Origin: Gammaproteobacteria bacterium
GTDB taxonomy: Bacteria > Pseudomonadota > Gammaproteobacteria > Natronospirales > DASSBR01
Length of the DNA: 64,000 nucleotides
Direction: 5' to 3'
NCBI GenBank assembly: GCA_035708085.1
Contig: DASSTE010000035.1
Coordinates: 8,870-72,869, forward strand
The notes under the pieces: model-generated
The model's input: the letters and a program-made list of their open reading frames with translations, nothing else
The model's database searches: none
What the model was told of the DNA's origin: nothing
Shown here: piece by piece, positions 47,878 through 58,430 of the stretch
Layout: every line of letters begins with the position of its first letter
Position numbering within the stretch: the stretch's first letter is position 1
Made by a program: the position numbers and the translations under genes

Positions 47878-48615
47878 GTGAATATCGAGACCGCGCAGGC
47901 GACCCGGCTCGGCAATCGGCGCGAGAATCAGGACCGCGCCGCGATCCTGATCGGCGACACCCGCGTTCTGCTGATCGTCGCCGATGGCATGGGCGGCCAT
48001 TCCGATGGCGCGGCAGCCGCGCAAACGGCGGTCGACTCCCTCAGCCGCAGCTTCAAGGCGCTGCGTGGCGGCAAAAGCGCCTCGCAATTCCTGTCGGATG
48101 CCCTGATAGGCGCTCACCGTGCCGTCTATGAGCTCGGCGCAAAACAGCCGATCGCCAAGCGGCCGCGGACGACCTGCACGATTTGCCTCGTGGATGAAGG
48201 CGTGGCGCAATGGGCGCACGTCGGCGACAGCCGCGTGTACTGGTTTCGCGGCGACACGGTAGCGGCGCGCACCCGCGATCACAGCGCGGTCGAGGCGCTC
48301 TACCAGGCGGGTGAAATTTCCGACGGCGACATGCAGACTCACCCGTTGCGGAACTACGTCGAAGAATGCCTCGGCGGAGAGCCGTCCGAGCCACGTTTTA
48401 CGATCGCGCAGCCGGTTGAGCTGGGTAAGGGCGACATCATGCTGCTGTGCAGCGACGGCCTGTGGAGCGCGCTGGGCGAAGCCGAGATCATCAAGCAGCT
48501 GCGCGCAGAGCCGGAACTCGAAAATGCGCTCGAATCGGTGACGCGCCGCGCCGAGGCCAAGACGCAGCCGGCGAGTGACAACGTCACGGCCGCGGCGCTG
48601 CGCTGGGGCGTCTGA
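47878..48615 (+). CDS. PP2C-family serine/threonine phosphatase
   Basis: ORF 47653..48615 trimmed to the GTG at 47878, which has GGGAGGGA about 10 nt upstream. It carries NRRENQD, VADGMGGH, LCSDGLW and DNVTAA. The start is uncertain. Confidence 0.75.
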   Translation: MNIETAQATRLGNRRENQDRAAILIGDTRVLLIVADGMGGHSDGAAAAQTAVDSLSRSFKALRGGKSASQFLSDALIGAHRAVYELGAKQPIAKRPRTTCTICLVDEGVAQWAHVGDSRVYWFRGDTVAARTRDHSAVEALYQAGEISDGDMQTHPLRNYVEECLGGEPSEPRFTIAQPVELGKGDIMLLCSDGLWSALGEAEIIKQLRAEPELENALESVTRRAEAKTQPASDNVTAAALRWGV

Positions 48616-48624
48616 CTACTCCAA

Positions 48625-48918
48625 CTAATGCTTCTCCCGTGACACAAACTTGAAGAACCGGCTGGTATCGCCGCCGGTGGTTTCCTCCTGATACAAAAAC
48701 GCCAGATCCGACTCCTCGAACTTGTCGAAGAACTCGTCCCAGCCGATCTGTTCCAGCCTCTGATCGTCGCCATCGGCATCGGGAAACTCGATCCTCAGTA
48801 TGCCGGCCTTTTCGCCCTGGGACTCGGTATCGCGCACCGTCGCCGGCAGCCCGTCGCGCGCTTCAACCCAGCGCTTGATCGTCTCGTGGTCCGTGGTGGT
48901 ATGGCTTTCGCCGGTCAT
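48625..48918 (-). CDS. Small acidic conserved hypothetical protein
   Basis: ATG at 48918 with an AAGGAGGA RBS. The sequence reads MTGESHTTTDHETIKRWVEARDGLPATV..GILRIEFPD..IGWDEFFDKFEESDLAFLYQ. Confidence 0.65.
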   Translation of the reverse strand: MTGESHTTTDHETIKRWVEARDGLPATVRDTESQGEKAGILRIEFPDADGDDQRLEQIGWDEFFDKFEESDLAFLYQEETTGGDTSRFFKFVSREKH

Positions 48919-48998
48919 GGCATCCTCCTTGATTGATGGCCTCCGCACACATGTTAGACTGACAGGAAGTACCTAAAAATCAAGCAAGGATGCTCCCC

Positions 48999-50003
48999 AT
49001 GTCTGCAAACCCCAAGGAAATCGCGGGCGCTGAACCGTTGATGCGTGCCGCTGTCCTGGCCTCCCCGGGCCGATTTGAATTCACTGAAATCGAGCGCCCG
49101 GTTCCGGGGCCCGGCGAGGTGCGCGTGCGTCTGCAAGGCTGCGGCGTGTGCGCGTCGAATCTGCCGGCGTTCGAAGGCCGCGACTGGTTCAACTATCCGC
49201 TGCCGCCCGGCGACCTGGGCCACGAAGGCTGGGGCGTCGTCGATGCCTGCGGCGATGGCGTCGACGGGATCGAGATCGGTGCCCGCGTCGCCGCGCGCAG
49301 CTTCCACGCCTATGCCGAATACGACCTGGCGGACGCCGCTGCAGTCGTGCCGCTACCCGACGCGCTCAATGGGCTGCCGTTTCCGGGCGAGGCCTTCGGC
49401 TGCGCGATGAATATCTTTCGGCGCGCCGATGTTCGCGAGGGCCAGACGGTCGCGGTCGTCGGTGCAGGTTTCCTGGGCTCGCTGGTCACGCGGCTGACAG
49501 CCAATGCCGGCGCGCGCGTCATTGCAATTTCCCGCTCACCGTTCTCGCTGGAGCAGGCACGCGCGATGGGCGCCGCCGAAACCATTCCGATGGAAGACCA
49601 TTACGCCATCATTGCGGCAGTCGAACGGCTGACCGGAGGGCATTGGTGCGACCGGGTGATCGAGGCGACCGGCAAGCAATGGCCGCTCGATCTGAGCGGC
49701 GAGTTGACCGGGTTCGGCGGTCGGCTGGTGATCGCGGGCTTTCACCAGGACGGGCCGCGCAACGTCAACATGCAGTTGTGGAACTGGCGCGGCATCGACG
49801 TCATCAATGCCCACGAGCGCGACCCGGCGGTGGCCATCGAGGGTATGCGTGCGGCCGCGGCAGCGGCCGCCGCCGGCGACTTCGATCCGCGCCGGGTCAT
49901 CACCCACCAGTTCCCGCTGGCCGCGCTGGGCGAGGCGCTCGAGGCCGCCCGGACACGCCCGGATGGCTTTACCAAGGCCGTCGTGATGACGGAGGCGCAG
50001 TGA
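48999..50003 (+). CDS. Zinc-type medium-chain alcohol dehydrogenase/reductase (MDR)
   Basis: It carries GEVRVRLQGCGVCASN, GHEGWGVV and the Rossmann motif VVGAGFLGS. The ATG at 48999 is preferred over 48990 on RBS spacing. Confidence 0.82.
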   Translation: MSANPKEIAGAEPLMRAAVLASPGRFEFTEIERPVPGPGEVRVRLQGCGVCASNLPAFEGRDWFNYPLPPGDLGHEGWGVVDACGDGVDGIEIGARVAARSFHAYAEYDLADAAAVVPLPDALNGLPFPGEAFGCAMNIFRRADVREGQTVAVVGAGFLGSLVTRLTANAGARVIAISRSPFSLEQARAMGAAETIPMEDHYAIIAAVERLTGGHWCDRVIEATGKQWPLDLSGELTGFGGRLVIAGFHQDGPRNVNMQLWNWRGIDVINAHERDPAVAIEGMRAAAAAAAAGDFDPRRVITHQFPLAALGEALEAARTRPDGFTKAVVMTEAQ

Positions 50004-51064
50004 TGGACGGTGAAGTAGCCGTCGCCGTGCCCACCGGCGAGTCCGTGTCGCCGGAGACTTCGGTGCCGCGGCTTGGGTTTCTCGGTCTCGGCTGGATCGG
50101 GCGGCACCGCATGCGCGCGCTGGCCGACAGCGGCATTGCGCAAGTCGCCGCGCTCGCCGACACCGCACCCGAGTGCCTGGACGAGGCACGCGCGGTCGCA
50201 CCGGAAGCGACCGCATGCAAAGACTTCGACGCGATGCTCGGCCAGGACCTGGATGGCATTGTGATCGCGACGCCGAGCGCGCTGCATGCGGCGCAGACGA
50301 TCCGGGCCCTTGACCACGGCATGGCCGTGTTCTGCCAGAAACCGCTGGCGCGCTCCGGCGCGGAAACGCGCGAGGTAATCGCGAGCGCCATCGCCAACCA
50401 CCGGCTGCTGGGGGTCGACTTTTCGTATCGCTACGTACGCGGCATCCAGCAGATGCGCGAGCGTATCCGTAACGGCAGCCTGGGCGACATCTACGCGCTG
50501 TCGCTGGTGTTTCACAATGCCTACGGGCCCGACAAGCCGTGGTTTTACCGCCGCGAATCCGCAGGCGGCGGCTGCGTTACCGACCTCGGCATCCACCTGG
50601 TCGATCTCGCCCGCTGGCTGCTGGACTTTCCCGCAGTCGAGGCCGTGACCAGCCGCTGCTTCGCGGGCGGCCGCGAACTGCGGCCCGAGACGGACGAGGT
50701 CGAGGATTACGCCACCGCCCGACTGGATATGGCCGGCGGCGTCGGCGTTGATCTCGCCTGTTCATGGCGACTGCCAATCGGCCGCGATGCTGACATTCAG
50801 GTCGCCGTGTACGGCACGCAGGCGGGCATGGCGCTCAAGAACGTCAACGGCTCGTTCTATGACTTTCGCACCGAGCTTTACCGGGGCACGGCGGTCGAAG
50901 TGCTGTCCGAACCGGCGGATGAAGGCGATTGGGGCGGCCGCGCGATTATCGATTGGGCGCACCGCTTGCGGCGGGACACGCGTTTCGATCCGGCGATCAC
51001 GGAGGTCATCGCCGTCGCCGACACTATCGACGCAATCTACGGGCAAGAAAAAAGCCGGGGCTGA
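50003..51064 (+). CDS. Gfo/Idh/MocA-family oxidoreductase
   Basis: This is the in-frame 3' part of ORF 49148..51064, with the start ATG overlapping the MDR stop (GTGATGG). It carries LGFLGLGWIGRHR and VFCQKPLA. Confidence 0.82.
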   Translation: MDGEVAVAVPTGESVSPETSVPRLGFLGLGWIGRHRMRALADSGIAQVAALADTAPECLDEARAVAPEATACKDFDAMLGQDLDGIVIATPSALHAAQTIRALDHGMAVFCQKPLARSGAETREVIASAIANHRLLGVDFSYRYVRGIQQMRERIRNGSLGDIYALSLVFHNAYGPDKPWFYRRESAGGGCVTDLGIHLVDLARWLLDFPAVEAVTSRCFAGGRELRPETDEVEDYATARLDMAGGVGVDLACSWRLPIGRDADIQVAVYGTQAGMALKNVNGSFYDFRTELYRGTAVEVLSEPADEGDWGGRAIIDWAHRLRRDTRFDPAITEVIAVADTIDAIYGQEKSRG

Positions 51065-51077
51065 GCCCGGCTTTTTT
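51047..51077. terminator. Bidirectional intrinsic terminator between convergent genes
   Basis: aaaaaaagccgggg-ctga-gcccggctttttt has an A-run and a T-run flanking a GC stem. Confidence 0.75.
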
Positions 51078-51092
51078 ACGCAGCCTTCCGGC

Positions 51093-51473
51093 TTATTCGG
51101 CCGCGGTCACCTGCTCCGGCCTGTCGACCAGTTCGACCAGTGCCATCGGCGCATTGTCGCCGGCGCGGAAGCCGCATTTCAGAATGCGCAGGTAGCCACC
51201 CGGCCGGTCCTTGAAGCGCGGGCCGAGGTCGGCGAACAGCTTGGCGACGCTGGCGTCGTCGCGCAGTCGCGAGAACGCAAGACGCCGCTTGGCGACCGCA
51301 TCTTCCTTCGCCAGCGTAATCAGCGGCTCGACCACCCGGCGCAGTTCCTTGGCCTTGGGCAGGGTCGTGCGAATCACCTCGTGGCGAATCAGCGAACCGG
51401 CCATGTTGCGGAACATGGCGGCGCGGTGTGAGCTGTTGCGGTTCAGTTGCCGCCCGGATTGTCTATGGCGCAT
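51093..51473 (-). CDS. rplQ: 50S ribosomal protein L17
   Basis: [24 protein letters not shown] is the canonical L17 N-terminus. Confidence 0.97.
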   Translation of the reverse strand: MRHRQSGRQLNRNSSHRAAMFRNMAGSLIRHEVIRTTLPKAKELRRVVEPLITLAKEDAVAKRRLAFSRLRDDASVAKLFADLGPRFKDRPGGYLRILKCGFRAGDNAPMALVELVDRPEQVTAAE

Positions 51474-51506
51474 GACTATTAATCCCGAATCTTGATATTT
51501 CCGCTG

Positions 51507-52511
51507 TTATGCGGAGGCCTTGTCCTCGACACGCGGCAGACCGGCTGGCGGCCAGCCTTCGAGCTTCATGCCGAGCGCCAGTTCATGCTGCGCCAGAACG
51601 TCCTTGATCTCGGTCAGGGACTTCTTGCCCAGGTTCGGCGTCTTCAGCAGCTCGACCTCGGTCTTCTGGACCAGGTCGCCAATGTAATGGATGTTTTCCT
51701 GCTTGAGGCAGTTGGCCGAGCGGACCGTCAGCTCAAGGTCGTCCACCGATTGCAGCAGAATCGGGTCGACGTTGGTTTCGCGCTTCTGGTGCGAGGCGGC
51801 TTCGCCACCCTGCAGGTCGACGAACACCGACAACTGGCTCTGCAGAATGCCGGCGGCGCGACGGATCGCTTCTTCCGGGTCGATCGTGCCGTTGGTCTCG
51901 ATGTCGATAACCAGCTTGTCGAGGTTGGTGCGCTGCTCGACGCGCGCGGCCTCGACCGCGTACGACACGCGCCGCACCGGACTGAACGAAGCGTCTAGTT
52001 GCAGGCGACCGATCGGCCGGCTGCTTTCCTCGTCCTCGTAGCGCTGCGTCGCCGGCTCATAGCCGCGTCCGCGCTGCACGTACAGCGTCATGTTCAGCGA
52101 GCCGCCCTTGTTGACGTGGGCGATGACCATGTCGGGGTTCTTGATCTCGATGTCGTGCTCAAGCTGAATGTCGCCCGCCAGCACCGGGCCGGCTTCGTTC
52201 TTCGACACGGTCAGCGTGACTTCGTCGCGGCCGTGCATCGTGATGGCGAGATTCTTGAGGTTGAGCAGGATGTCGACGACATCTTCCTGCACGCCCTCAA
52301 TCGAGGTGTACTCGTGCAGCACGCCCTCGATCTCGACCTCGACGACCGCACAGCCGGGCATCGACGACAGCAGAATGCGCCGCAGCGCGTTGCCGAGCGT
52401 ATGGCCGAAACCGCGCTCCAGCGGTTCGAGCACGACCTTCGCGCGCCGCTCCGACTGCGTTTGCACGTCGACGACGCGGGGCTTGAGAAATTCCGTTACC
52501 GAAGCCTGCAT
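51507..52511 (-). CDS. rpoA: DNA-directed RNA polymerase alpha subunit
   Basis: 334 aa with [15 protein letters not shown] and the C-terminal-domain sequence [12 protein letters not shown]. Confidence 0.98.
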   Translation of the reverse strand: MQASVTEFLKPRVVDVQTQSERRAKVVLEPLERGFGHTLGNALRRILLSSMPGCAVVEVEIEGVLHEYTSIEGVQEDVVDILLNLKNLAITMHGRDEVTLTVSKNEAGPVLAGDIQLEHDIEIKNPDMVIAHVNKGGSLNMTLYVQRGRGYEPATQRYEDEESSRPIGRLQLDASFSPVRRVSYAVEAARVEQRTNLDKLVIDIETNGTIDPEEAIRRAAGILQSQLSVFVDLQGGEAASHQKRETNVDPILLQSVDDLELTVRSANCLKQENIHYIGDLVQKTEVELLKTPNLGKKSLTEIKDVLAQHELALGMKLEGWPPAGLPRVEDKASA

Positions 52512-52533
52512 GAGGATGGACCTCTCTTAAGAA

Positions 52534-53154
52534 TTACTTACTGTAAAGCTCAACGACCAGATTTTCGTTGATGTCCGGAAGCAGATCGGCGCGCTCCGGC
52601 ACCGTCTTGAACGTGCCGGAAAACTGCTTTTCGTCGACTTCAACCCACTCCGGCAGGCCGACCTGCCGGGCGATTTCCATCGCCGACTGAATGCGCAGCT
52701 GCTTGCGCTTGCTCTCGCGAATCGCGATCACGTCTTCCGCCTGAACCTGGTACGACGGGATGTTGACGATCTGGCCGTTGACCGTGATCGCCTTGTGGCT
52801 CACCAATTGGCGGCCCTCGGCGCGGGTCGAGGCAAAGCCCATCCGGTAAACGACGTTGTCCAGCCGGCATTCGAGCAACTGCAGCAGGTTTTCGCCGGTC
52901 GCGCCGCGACGCCGCGCGGCTTCCTTGTAGTAGCCGCGAAACTGGCGCTCCAGCACGCCGTACATGCGGCGCAGCTTCTGCTTTTCGCGCAGCTGCAGGC
53001 CGTAGTCCGACAGCCGCGTGCGGCGCTGGCCGTGCTGGCCCGGCACCGAGTCGATGCGGCACTTCGAATCGAGCGGCCTGACGCCGCTCTTCAGGAACAG
53101 GTCGGTGCCCTCGCGGCGCGAGAGCTTGCACTTGGGTCCGGTGTACTTTGCCAT
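52534..53154 (-). CDS. rpsD: 30S ribosomal protein S4
   Basis: [24 protein letters not shown]. Confidence 0.98.
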   Translation of the reverse strand: MAKYTGPKCKLSRREGTDLFLKSGVRPLDSKCRIDSVPGQHGQRRTRLSDYGLQLREKQKLRRMYGVLERQFRGYYKEAARRRGATGENLLQLLECRLDNVVYRMGFASTRAEGRQLVSHKAITVNGQIVNIPSYQVQAEDVIAIRESKRKQLRIQSAMEIARQVGLPEWVEVDEKQFSGTFKTVPERADLLPDINENLVVELYSK

Positions 53155-53155
53155 C

Positions 53156-53548
53156 TTAAACTCTGCGTTTCTTCGGCGGACGGCAGCCGTTGTGCGGAAT
53201 CGGCGTCACGTCGGTGATGTTGCTGATCTTGAAGCCGACATTGTGCAGTGCGCGCACCGCCGACTCGCGGCCGGGGCCAGGGCCCTTGACCCGCACTTCA
53301 AGATTTTTCAGTCCGTAGTCCTGCGCCGCCGTGCCGGCCCGCTCCGCCGCGACCTGGGCCGCAAACGGCGTGCTCTTGCGCGAACCGCGGAAGCCGGAGC
53401 CGCCCGAGGTCGCCCAGCACAGCGCGTTGCCCTGCCGGTCGGTGATCATTACGATCGTGTTGTTGAACGACGCATGAATATGCGCGATACCGTCGACGAC
53501 GGTTTTCCTGACCCGCTTGCGCGGCGTCCGGGATGAGGCTTGTGCCAT
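53156..53548 (-). CDS. rpsK: 30S ribosomal protein S11
   Basis: [35 protein letters not shown]. Confidence 0.98.
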   Translation of the reverse strand: MAQASSRTPRKRVRKTVVDGIAHIHASFNNTIVMITDRQGNALCWATSGGSGFRGSRKSTPFAAQVAAERAGTAAQDYGLKNLEVRVKGPGPGRESAVRALHNVGFKISNITDVTPIPHNGCRPPKKRRV

Positions 53549-53577
53549 GAAACGTTCCTGTATCTAAAATCTGGACG

Positions 53578-53931
53578 TTATCGAACCGGGCGCAGCCGGC
53601 CCTTGCGGGTGCGTGCGTTGGTACGCGTACGCTGGCCGCGCAGCGGCAGCCCGCGACGATGGCGCTGGCCGCGGTAGCAGCCGAGGTCCATCAGACGCTT
53701 GATGTTCATGGACACCTCGCGGCGCAGGTCGCCCTCGACCGGGAAGCGGCCGACTTCGGTGCGCAGCGCCTCGACTTCGGCGTCGGTCAGGTCGCGCACG
53801 CGCGCCGAGGGGCTGACGCCGGCCGCCGCGCAGATCTGCTGCGCGCGGGTGCGGCCAATGCCATAGATCGACGTCAACGCGATTACCGCGTGTTGGTTGA
53901 CCGGTATGTTGATCCCAGCGATACGGGCCAT
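53578..53931 (-). CDS. rpsM: 30S ribosomal protein S13
   Basis: [32 protein letters not shown]. Confidence 0.98.
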   Translation of the reverse strand: MARIAGINIPVNQHAVIALTSIYGIGRTRAQQICAAAGVSPSARVRDLTDAEVEALRTEVGRFPVEGDLRREVSMNIKRLMDLGCYRGQRHRRGLPLRGQRTRTNARTRKGRLRPVR

Positions 53932-54008
53932 GGGGCCGAACTCCTCAATACGCTCGCGTGCAGCCGCAGAAGCGAAACACGCAAATATAACTAACTGATG
54001 CCTTCAAA

Positions 54009-54122
54009 TCAACCTTGACGCTGCTTGTGGCGTGCGTCCGAGCAGATCACCCGGACCACACCGCCGCGGCGGATGATCTTGCAATGGCGGCACATTTTTT
54101 TGACTGATGCTCTAACTTTCAC
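54009..54122 (-). CDS. rpmJ: 50S ribosomal protein L36
   Basis: Too short for the ORF track. My reverse-strand translation gives (V->M)[36 protein letters not shown] with a GTG start. Confidence 0.9.
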   Translation of the reverse strand: MKVRASVKKMCRHCKIIRRGGVVRVICSDARHKQRQG

Positions 54123-54180
54123 GTTTCTCTCCAAACGAAGGCGGACTTCCGGCTTTCCGCTCCTCTCAAACCAAGTACCT

Positions 54181-54258
54181 AGGACTGAGTCGCCAGGACT
54201 GAGTTAAGAAGTAGCCGCTCTTCACTTAGTCCTAGCGACTAGCGACTAGCGACTAGCG
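54181..54258. repeat. Family-D element (inverted orientation): AGGACTGAGT duplication, hairpin, then (TAGCGAC)x3
   Basis: aggactgagtcgccaggactgagt..taagaagtagccgctcttcac..ttagtcc, then tagcgac x3 plus tagcg. The heptamers cover the secY stop codon. Confidence 0.85.
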
Positions 54259-55590
54259 CAGGCTTCCTGCGCTTCCATAGCCTTTCAGGTTCGCCTTCTT
54301 CATCAAGCCTTCGTACTGGTGCGACATCATCAGCGCCTGCATTTGCGCCATGAAGTCCATGACCACCACGACGATGATCAGCAGCGATGTGCCTCCGAAA
54401 TAGAACGGCACATTGGCGTAGATCTGCAAAAAGTTCGGCAGCAGGCAGACTGCGGTCACGTACAACGCACCCCACAGGGTCAGCTTCGACAGCACGTTAT
54501 CGATGTAGTTGGCCGTCTGCTTGCCGGGGCGGATACCGGGAATGAATGCGCCCGACTTCTTCAGATTGTCCGCCGTCTCCTGCGAATTGAACACCAGCGC
54601 GGTATAGAAAAAGCAGAAGAAGATAATCAGCGCCGAGTACACGACCACCCACACGGGCTGGCCCGGCGACAGCACCGCCGAAAACGTCTGCAACCACTCA
54701 AGTCCGCTGTTGGTGCCGACCCACTGGCCGATCGTCGACGGGAACATCAGGATGCTGATCGCGAAGATCGGGGGGATGACGCCGGACATGTTGAGCTTCA
54801 GCGGCAGGTGCGAACTCTGCGCTGCGTACATCCGCCGACCCTGCTGGCGCTTGGCGTAGTTGACGGTGATCCGCCGCTGGCCGCGCTCGACGAAGACGAC
54901 GAACGCAGTCACGCCTATCGCCATGATGAAGATCACCAGGGCGAGCAGCGGCGACAGGGTGCCGTTGCGCACCAGCTCCAGGCTGCCGCTGACCGCGGCA
55001 GGCAGGCCGGCGACAATGCCGACCAGGATCAGCATCGATATGCCGTTGCCGATCGCGCGTTCGGTCATCTGCTCGCCGAGCCACATCAGGAACATGGTGC
55101 CGGTGGTAAGCGCAATCGTGGCGACGAACAGGAATCCGACGCCCGGAGCGATAGCCACGCCCTCATTCTGCAGCGCAATCGCGGCGCCGGCCGACTGGAA
55201 CAGCCCGAGCGCCAGCGTCGAATACCGCGTGTAGGCGGTGATCTTGCGCTGGCCGGCCTGACCTTCCTTCTTCAACTGCTCGAGGCTCGGCATGACGGCC
55301 GTCAGCAGCTGGATGATGATCGACGCGGAAATGTACGGCATGATGCCGAGCGCGAAGATGCTCATCCGCTTCAGCGCGCCGCCCGAGAACATGTTGAACA
55401 TGTCTAGCAGCGTGCCCGAGTGCTGGTTGAACAGGCGCGCGAGCGCCGCCGGATCGACACCCGGCACCGGGATGTGCGTGCCCAGACGATAAACGACCAG
55501 CGCGCCGGCCAGGTACAGCAGGCGCTGGCGCAGATCTTTCAGCTTGCCGATATCGGCGAGCGAGCCCATGCTTGAGGCTGATTTGGCCAC
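54253..55590 (-). CDS. secY: Preprotein translocase subunit SecY
   Basis: 445 aa with [17 protein letters not shown] and 10-TM character. Confidence 0.98.
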   Translation of the reverse strand: MAKSASSMGSLADIGKLKDLRQRLLYLAGALVVYRLGTHIPVPGVDPAALARLFNQHSGTLLDMFNMFSGGALKRMSIFALGIMPYISASIIIQLLTAVMPSLEQLKKEGQAGQRKITAYTRYSTLALGLFQSAGAAIALQNEGVAIAPGVGFLFVATIALTTGTMFLMWLGEQMTERAIGNGISMLILVGIVAGLPAAVSGSLELVRNGTLSPLLALVIFIMAIGVTAFVVFVERGQRRITVNYAKRQQGRRMYAAQSSHLPLKLNMSGVIPPIFAISILMFPSTIGQWVGTNSGLEWLQTFSAVLSPGQPVWVVVYSALIIFFCFFYTALVFNSQETADNLKKSGAFIPGIRPGKQTANYIDNVLSKLTLWGALYVTAVCLLPNFLQIYANVPFYFGGTSLLIIVVVVMDFMAQMQALMMSHQYEGLMKKANLKGYGSAGSLR

Positions 55591-56030
55591 TAGCCCTCCA
55601 CGCTGACGCTGCCGCCAGCGGCTTCAATTGCCTTGCGTGCACCGGCGGTCGCGCCGACGCCGACGAGCTTGACGGCCTTGTCGAGCTTGCCCGACAGGAT
55701 AACTTTGGCGCGTTCGGCCTGCACCGGCACGACGCCGGCGGCCTTGAGCGCGGCCAGGTCGACCGTTTCCGCTTCAACATGCTGCAGTTCGTTCAGGCGC
55801 ACTTCCGCAACCCGCGCACTGATGCGCGAGCGGAAGCCGAACTTCGGCAGGCGCCGCTGAATCGGCATCTGGCCGCCTTCGAACCCGACCTTGTGATAGC
55901 CGCCCGCGCGCGCCTTCTGGCCCTTGTGACCCTTGCCGGAGGTCTTGCCCCAGCCGGAGCCCAGACCGCGGCCGATTCGCTTGGCGTCAGTTTTGGCACC
56001 TGCTGCCGGCGATAAATCGTTCAATCGCAT
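55590..56030 (-). CDS. rplO: 50S ribosomal protein L15
   Basis: [35 protein letters not shown]. Confidence 0.97.
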   Translation of the reverse strand: MRLNDLSPAAGAKTDAKRIGRGLGSGWGKTSGKGHKGQKARAGGYHKVGFEGGQMPIQRRLPKFGFRSRISARVAEVRLNELQHVEAETVDLAALKAAGVVPVQAERAKVILSGKLDKAVKLVGVGATAGARKAIEAAGGSVSVEG

Positions 56031-56031
56031 G

Positions 56032-56226
56032 TCAGACTTCCTCCACCTTCAGCATGTAGTCGATCTTCGCGATCATGCCACGATGCTCCGGGGTGTCGTT
56101 GACGACGACGCTGTGATGCATCCGCCTGAGGCCCAGGCCGCGCACGCAGGCGCGGTGCTTCTCGAGCCGGCCGTGGAAGCTCTTGACCAGCGTCAGTTTC
56201 AATTGTTTGGCTTTGGCCTTCGCCAT
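56032..56226 (-). CDS. rpmD: 50S ribosomal protein L30
   Basis: 64 aa with [20 protein letters not shown]. Confidence 0.95.
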   Translation of the reverse strand: MAKAKAKQLKLTLVKSFHGRLEKHRACVRGLGLRRMHHSVVVNDTPEHRGMIAKIDYMLKVEEV

Positions 56227-56228
56227 GA

Positions 56229-56735
56229 TCAGGCCCTCAGTTCTTCGACCGACTTGCCGCGCTTGGCCGCGATCGACTCCGGCGACTGGCCTTCGGTCAG
56301 CGCACGCATGGTCGCGCGCACAATGTTGATCGGGTTGCGGGAGCCGTAGCTCTTGGCGAGCACGTTGTGCACGCCGGCCACTTCGAGCACCGCGCGCATC
56401 GCACCGCCTGCGATGACGCCGGTACCTTCCGACGCCGGCTGCAGGTACACCCGGGTTGCGCCGTGGCGCGCCTTGCGAGCATAGTGCAGCGTGCCGTCCA
56501 GCAGGTGCACCTTCTGCATGTTCTTGCGCGCGGCTTCCATACCTTTCTGGATCGCGGCGGGTACTTCACGGGCCTTGCCGTAGCCGAAGCCGACGCGGCC
56601 GTCGCCGTCGCCGACCACTGTCAGCGCGGTAAAGCCGAATTGCCGGCCGCCCTTGACGACCTTGGCCACGCGATTGACCGTTACGAGCTTTTCGTTCAGA
56701 TCGTCGGTCGCCCGGGGATTGTCGGATCTCGCCAT
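56229..56735 (-). CDS. rpsE: 30S ribosomal protein S5
   Basis: [40 protein letters not shown]. Confidence 0.98.
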   Translation of the reverse strand: MARSDNPRATDDLNEKLVTVNRVAKVVKGGRQFGFTALTVVGDGDGRVGFGYGKAREVPAAIQKGMEAARKNMQKVHLLDGTLHYARKARHGATRVYLQPASEGTGVIAGGAMRAVLEVAGVHNVLAKSYGSRNPINIVRATMRALTEGQSPESIAAKRGKSVEELRA

Positions 56736-56746
56736 ACGTCTCTACC

Positions 56747-57112
56747 TTAAAATTGAAGACCGTTTTCGCGCGCGGCATCCGCCAGCGCCTTGATGCGGCC
56801 GTGATAGCGGAAGCCGGAACGGTCGAACGCCACACGTTCGATACCGGCCGCCTTCGCCTTGTCGGCAATGGCCTTGCCCACCGCCTGCGCGGCAGCGACG
56901 TTGCCGGTGCCCTTCAGACCCGAGCGGATATCCGCCTCCAGCGTCGAGGCCGCAGCCATGACGCGATCGCCCTCCGGCGCAATCACCTGGGCGTAAATAT
57001 GCATCGGCGTGCGGTGCACCGTCAGGCGCGCCGCCTCGAGTTGCCGGATGCGGGCACGGGCGCGCTGCGCGCGGCGCAGCCGGGATGCCTTTTTGTCGAT
57101 ATTCGTTGCCAT
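56747..57112 (-). CDS. rplR: 50S ribosomal protein L18
   Basis: [41 protein letters not shown]. Confidence 0.97.
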   Translation of the reverse strand: MATNIDKKASRLRRAQRARARIRQLEAARLTVHRTPMHIYAQVIAPEGDRVMAAASTLEADIRSGLKGTGNVAAAQAVGKAIADKAKAAGIERVAFDRSGFRYHGRIKALADAARENGLQF

Positions 57113-57114
57113 AA

Positions 57115-57651
57115 CTACTTCTTCTTCGCCTCTTTCCGCACCACGCGCTCATCGGCATAACGCACGCCCTTGCCCTTGTACGGCTCGGGCGGCCGGAAGG
57201 CGCGAATCTCCGCCGCGACCTGGCCGACCTTCTGCTTGTCGACACCCTTGACGACGACCTCAGTCTGGCTCGGCGTCTCGATCGTGATGCCGTCCGGCAC
57301 CGGATAGTTGACCGGGTGCGAGAAGCCGAGCGTCAGGTTGAGCTGCTTGCCCTGCGCCTGCGCACGATAGCCGACGCCGACGAGTTCCAGCTTACGCTCA
57401 AACCCTTCCGTCACGCCCTTGACGATATTCGCCAGCAGCGCGCGCGTGGTACCCGCCATCGCCACCTGGTCGCCGGCGGGGCTCGCATCGCTGACCTGCA
57501 GCGCGCCGTCCTCGCCCGTCGCCACCTTGATCGCCGGATGCACGTCGAAGTCGAGGGCGCCCTTCGGACCCTTGACGTTCAACTGTTGGCCGTTCTGTTT
57601 GACCTCGACGCCTTTCGGCAGTATGACGGGTCGTTTCGCTACTCTGGACAT
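57115..57651 (-). CDS. rplF: 50S ribosomal protein L6
   Basis: [28 protein letters not shown]. Confidence 0.97.
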   Translation of the reverse strand: MSRVAKRPVILPKGVEVKQNGQQLNVKGPKGALDFDVHPAIKVATGEDGALQVSDASPAGDQVAMAGTTRALLANIVKGVTEGFERKLELVGVGYRAQAQGKQLNLTLGFSHPVNYPVPDGITIETPSQTEVVVKGVDKQKVGQVAAEIRAFRPPEPYKGKGVRYADERVVRKEAKKK

Positions 57652-57661
57652 AATGATGTTC

Positions 57662-58057
57662 CTATGACACCACGCACAGCACTTCGCCGCCGTGACCGGC
57701 AGCGCGCGCGGCGCGGTCCGTCATGACGCCGCTCGAAGTGGAAATGATCGCCACACCGAGCCCGCCCAGCACTTTCGGCAGCGCGTCCTTGCCGCGGTAA
57801 ATCCTGAGGCCGGACTTGCTGACCCGCTGCAGGTTGCTGATTACCGGCTTGCCGTCGTAATACTTGAGCGTCACCGTCAGCGTCGGCTTGCCGTCGGTCT
57901 CGCCGTTCACGTAGTCGGCGATGTAGCCCTCTTCCTTCAGCACCCGCGCGATTTCGGTTTTCGCCTTCGATGCCGGCATCGACACGTCTACCTTGCGCGC
58001 GGTCTGGGCGTTGCGGATGCGCGTCAGCATATCGGCGATGGGATCATTCATGCTCAT
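57662..58057 (-). CDS. rpsH: 30S ribosomal protein S8
   Basis: [17 protein letters not shown]. Confidence 0.98.
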   Translation of the reverse strand: MSMNDPIADMLTRIRNAQTARKVDVSMPASKAKTEIARVLKEEGYIADYVNGETDGKPTLTVTLKYYDGKPVISNLQRVSKSGLRIYRGKDALPKVLGGLGVAIISTSSGVMTDRAARAAGHGGEVLCVVS

Positions 58058-58066
58058 ATAACGTTC

Positions 58067-58372
58067 CTACCAGCTCGCCTTGCGCAGGCCCGGCACGTCG
58101 CCGCGCAGCGCCGCCTCGCGCAGCTTGTTGCGCCCCAGGCCGAATTTGCGATACACGCCATGCACGCGGCCGGTCAACTGGCAGCGTTCGTTCAGGCGCA
58201 CCGGGCTGCCGTCGCGCGGCAGCTTCGCCAGCTTCGCCACCGCATCATGCCGCTCTTCCATCGGCGTGTCGGGGCTCTTGATGATCCGCTTCAGTTCCGC
58301 GCGTCGGGCGGCATATTTCGCCACCATCTTCCGGCGCTTGATCTCGCGGTTGATCATCGATGTCTTCGCCAT
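58067..58372 (-). CDS. rpsN: 30S ribosomal protein S14 (long, non-zinc type)
   Basis: [33 protein letters not shown]. Confidence 0.97.
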   Translation of the reverse strand: MAKTSMINREIKRRKMVAKYAARRAELKRIIKSPDTPMEERHDAVAKLAKLPRDGSPVRLNERCQLTGRVHGVYRKFGLGRNKLREAALRGDVPGLRKASW

Positions 58373-58430
58373 GTCTCGTCCTCAGATTCCAAATTAACCC
58401 TGAACAAGCCATCCTGGCTTTTTCAGAGAC

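Noticed and set aside
49148-50002. 5' part of the 638-aa ORF 49148..51064
   Set aside because: It overlaps the MDR dehydrogenase gene out of frame and is Arg-rich. The real Gfo/Idh/MocA gene starts at the ATG at 50003.
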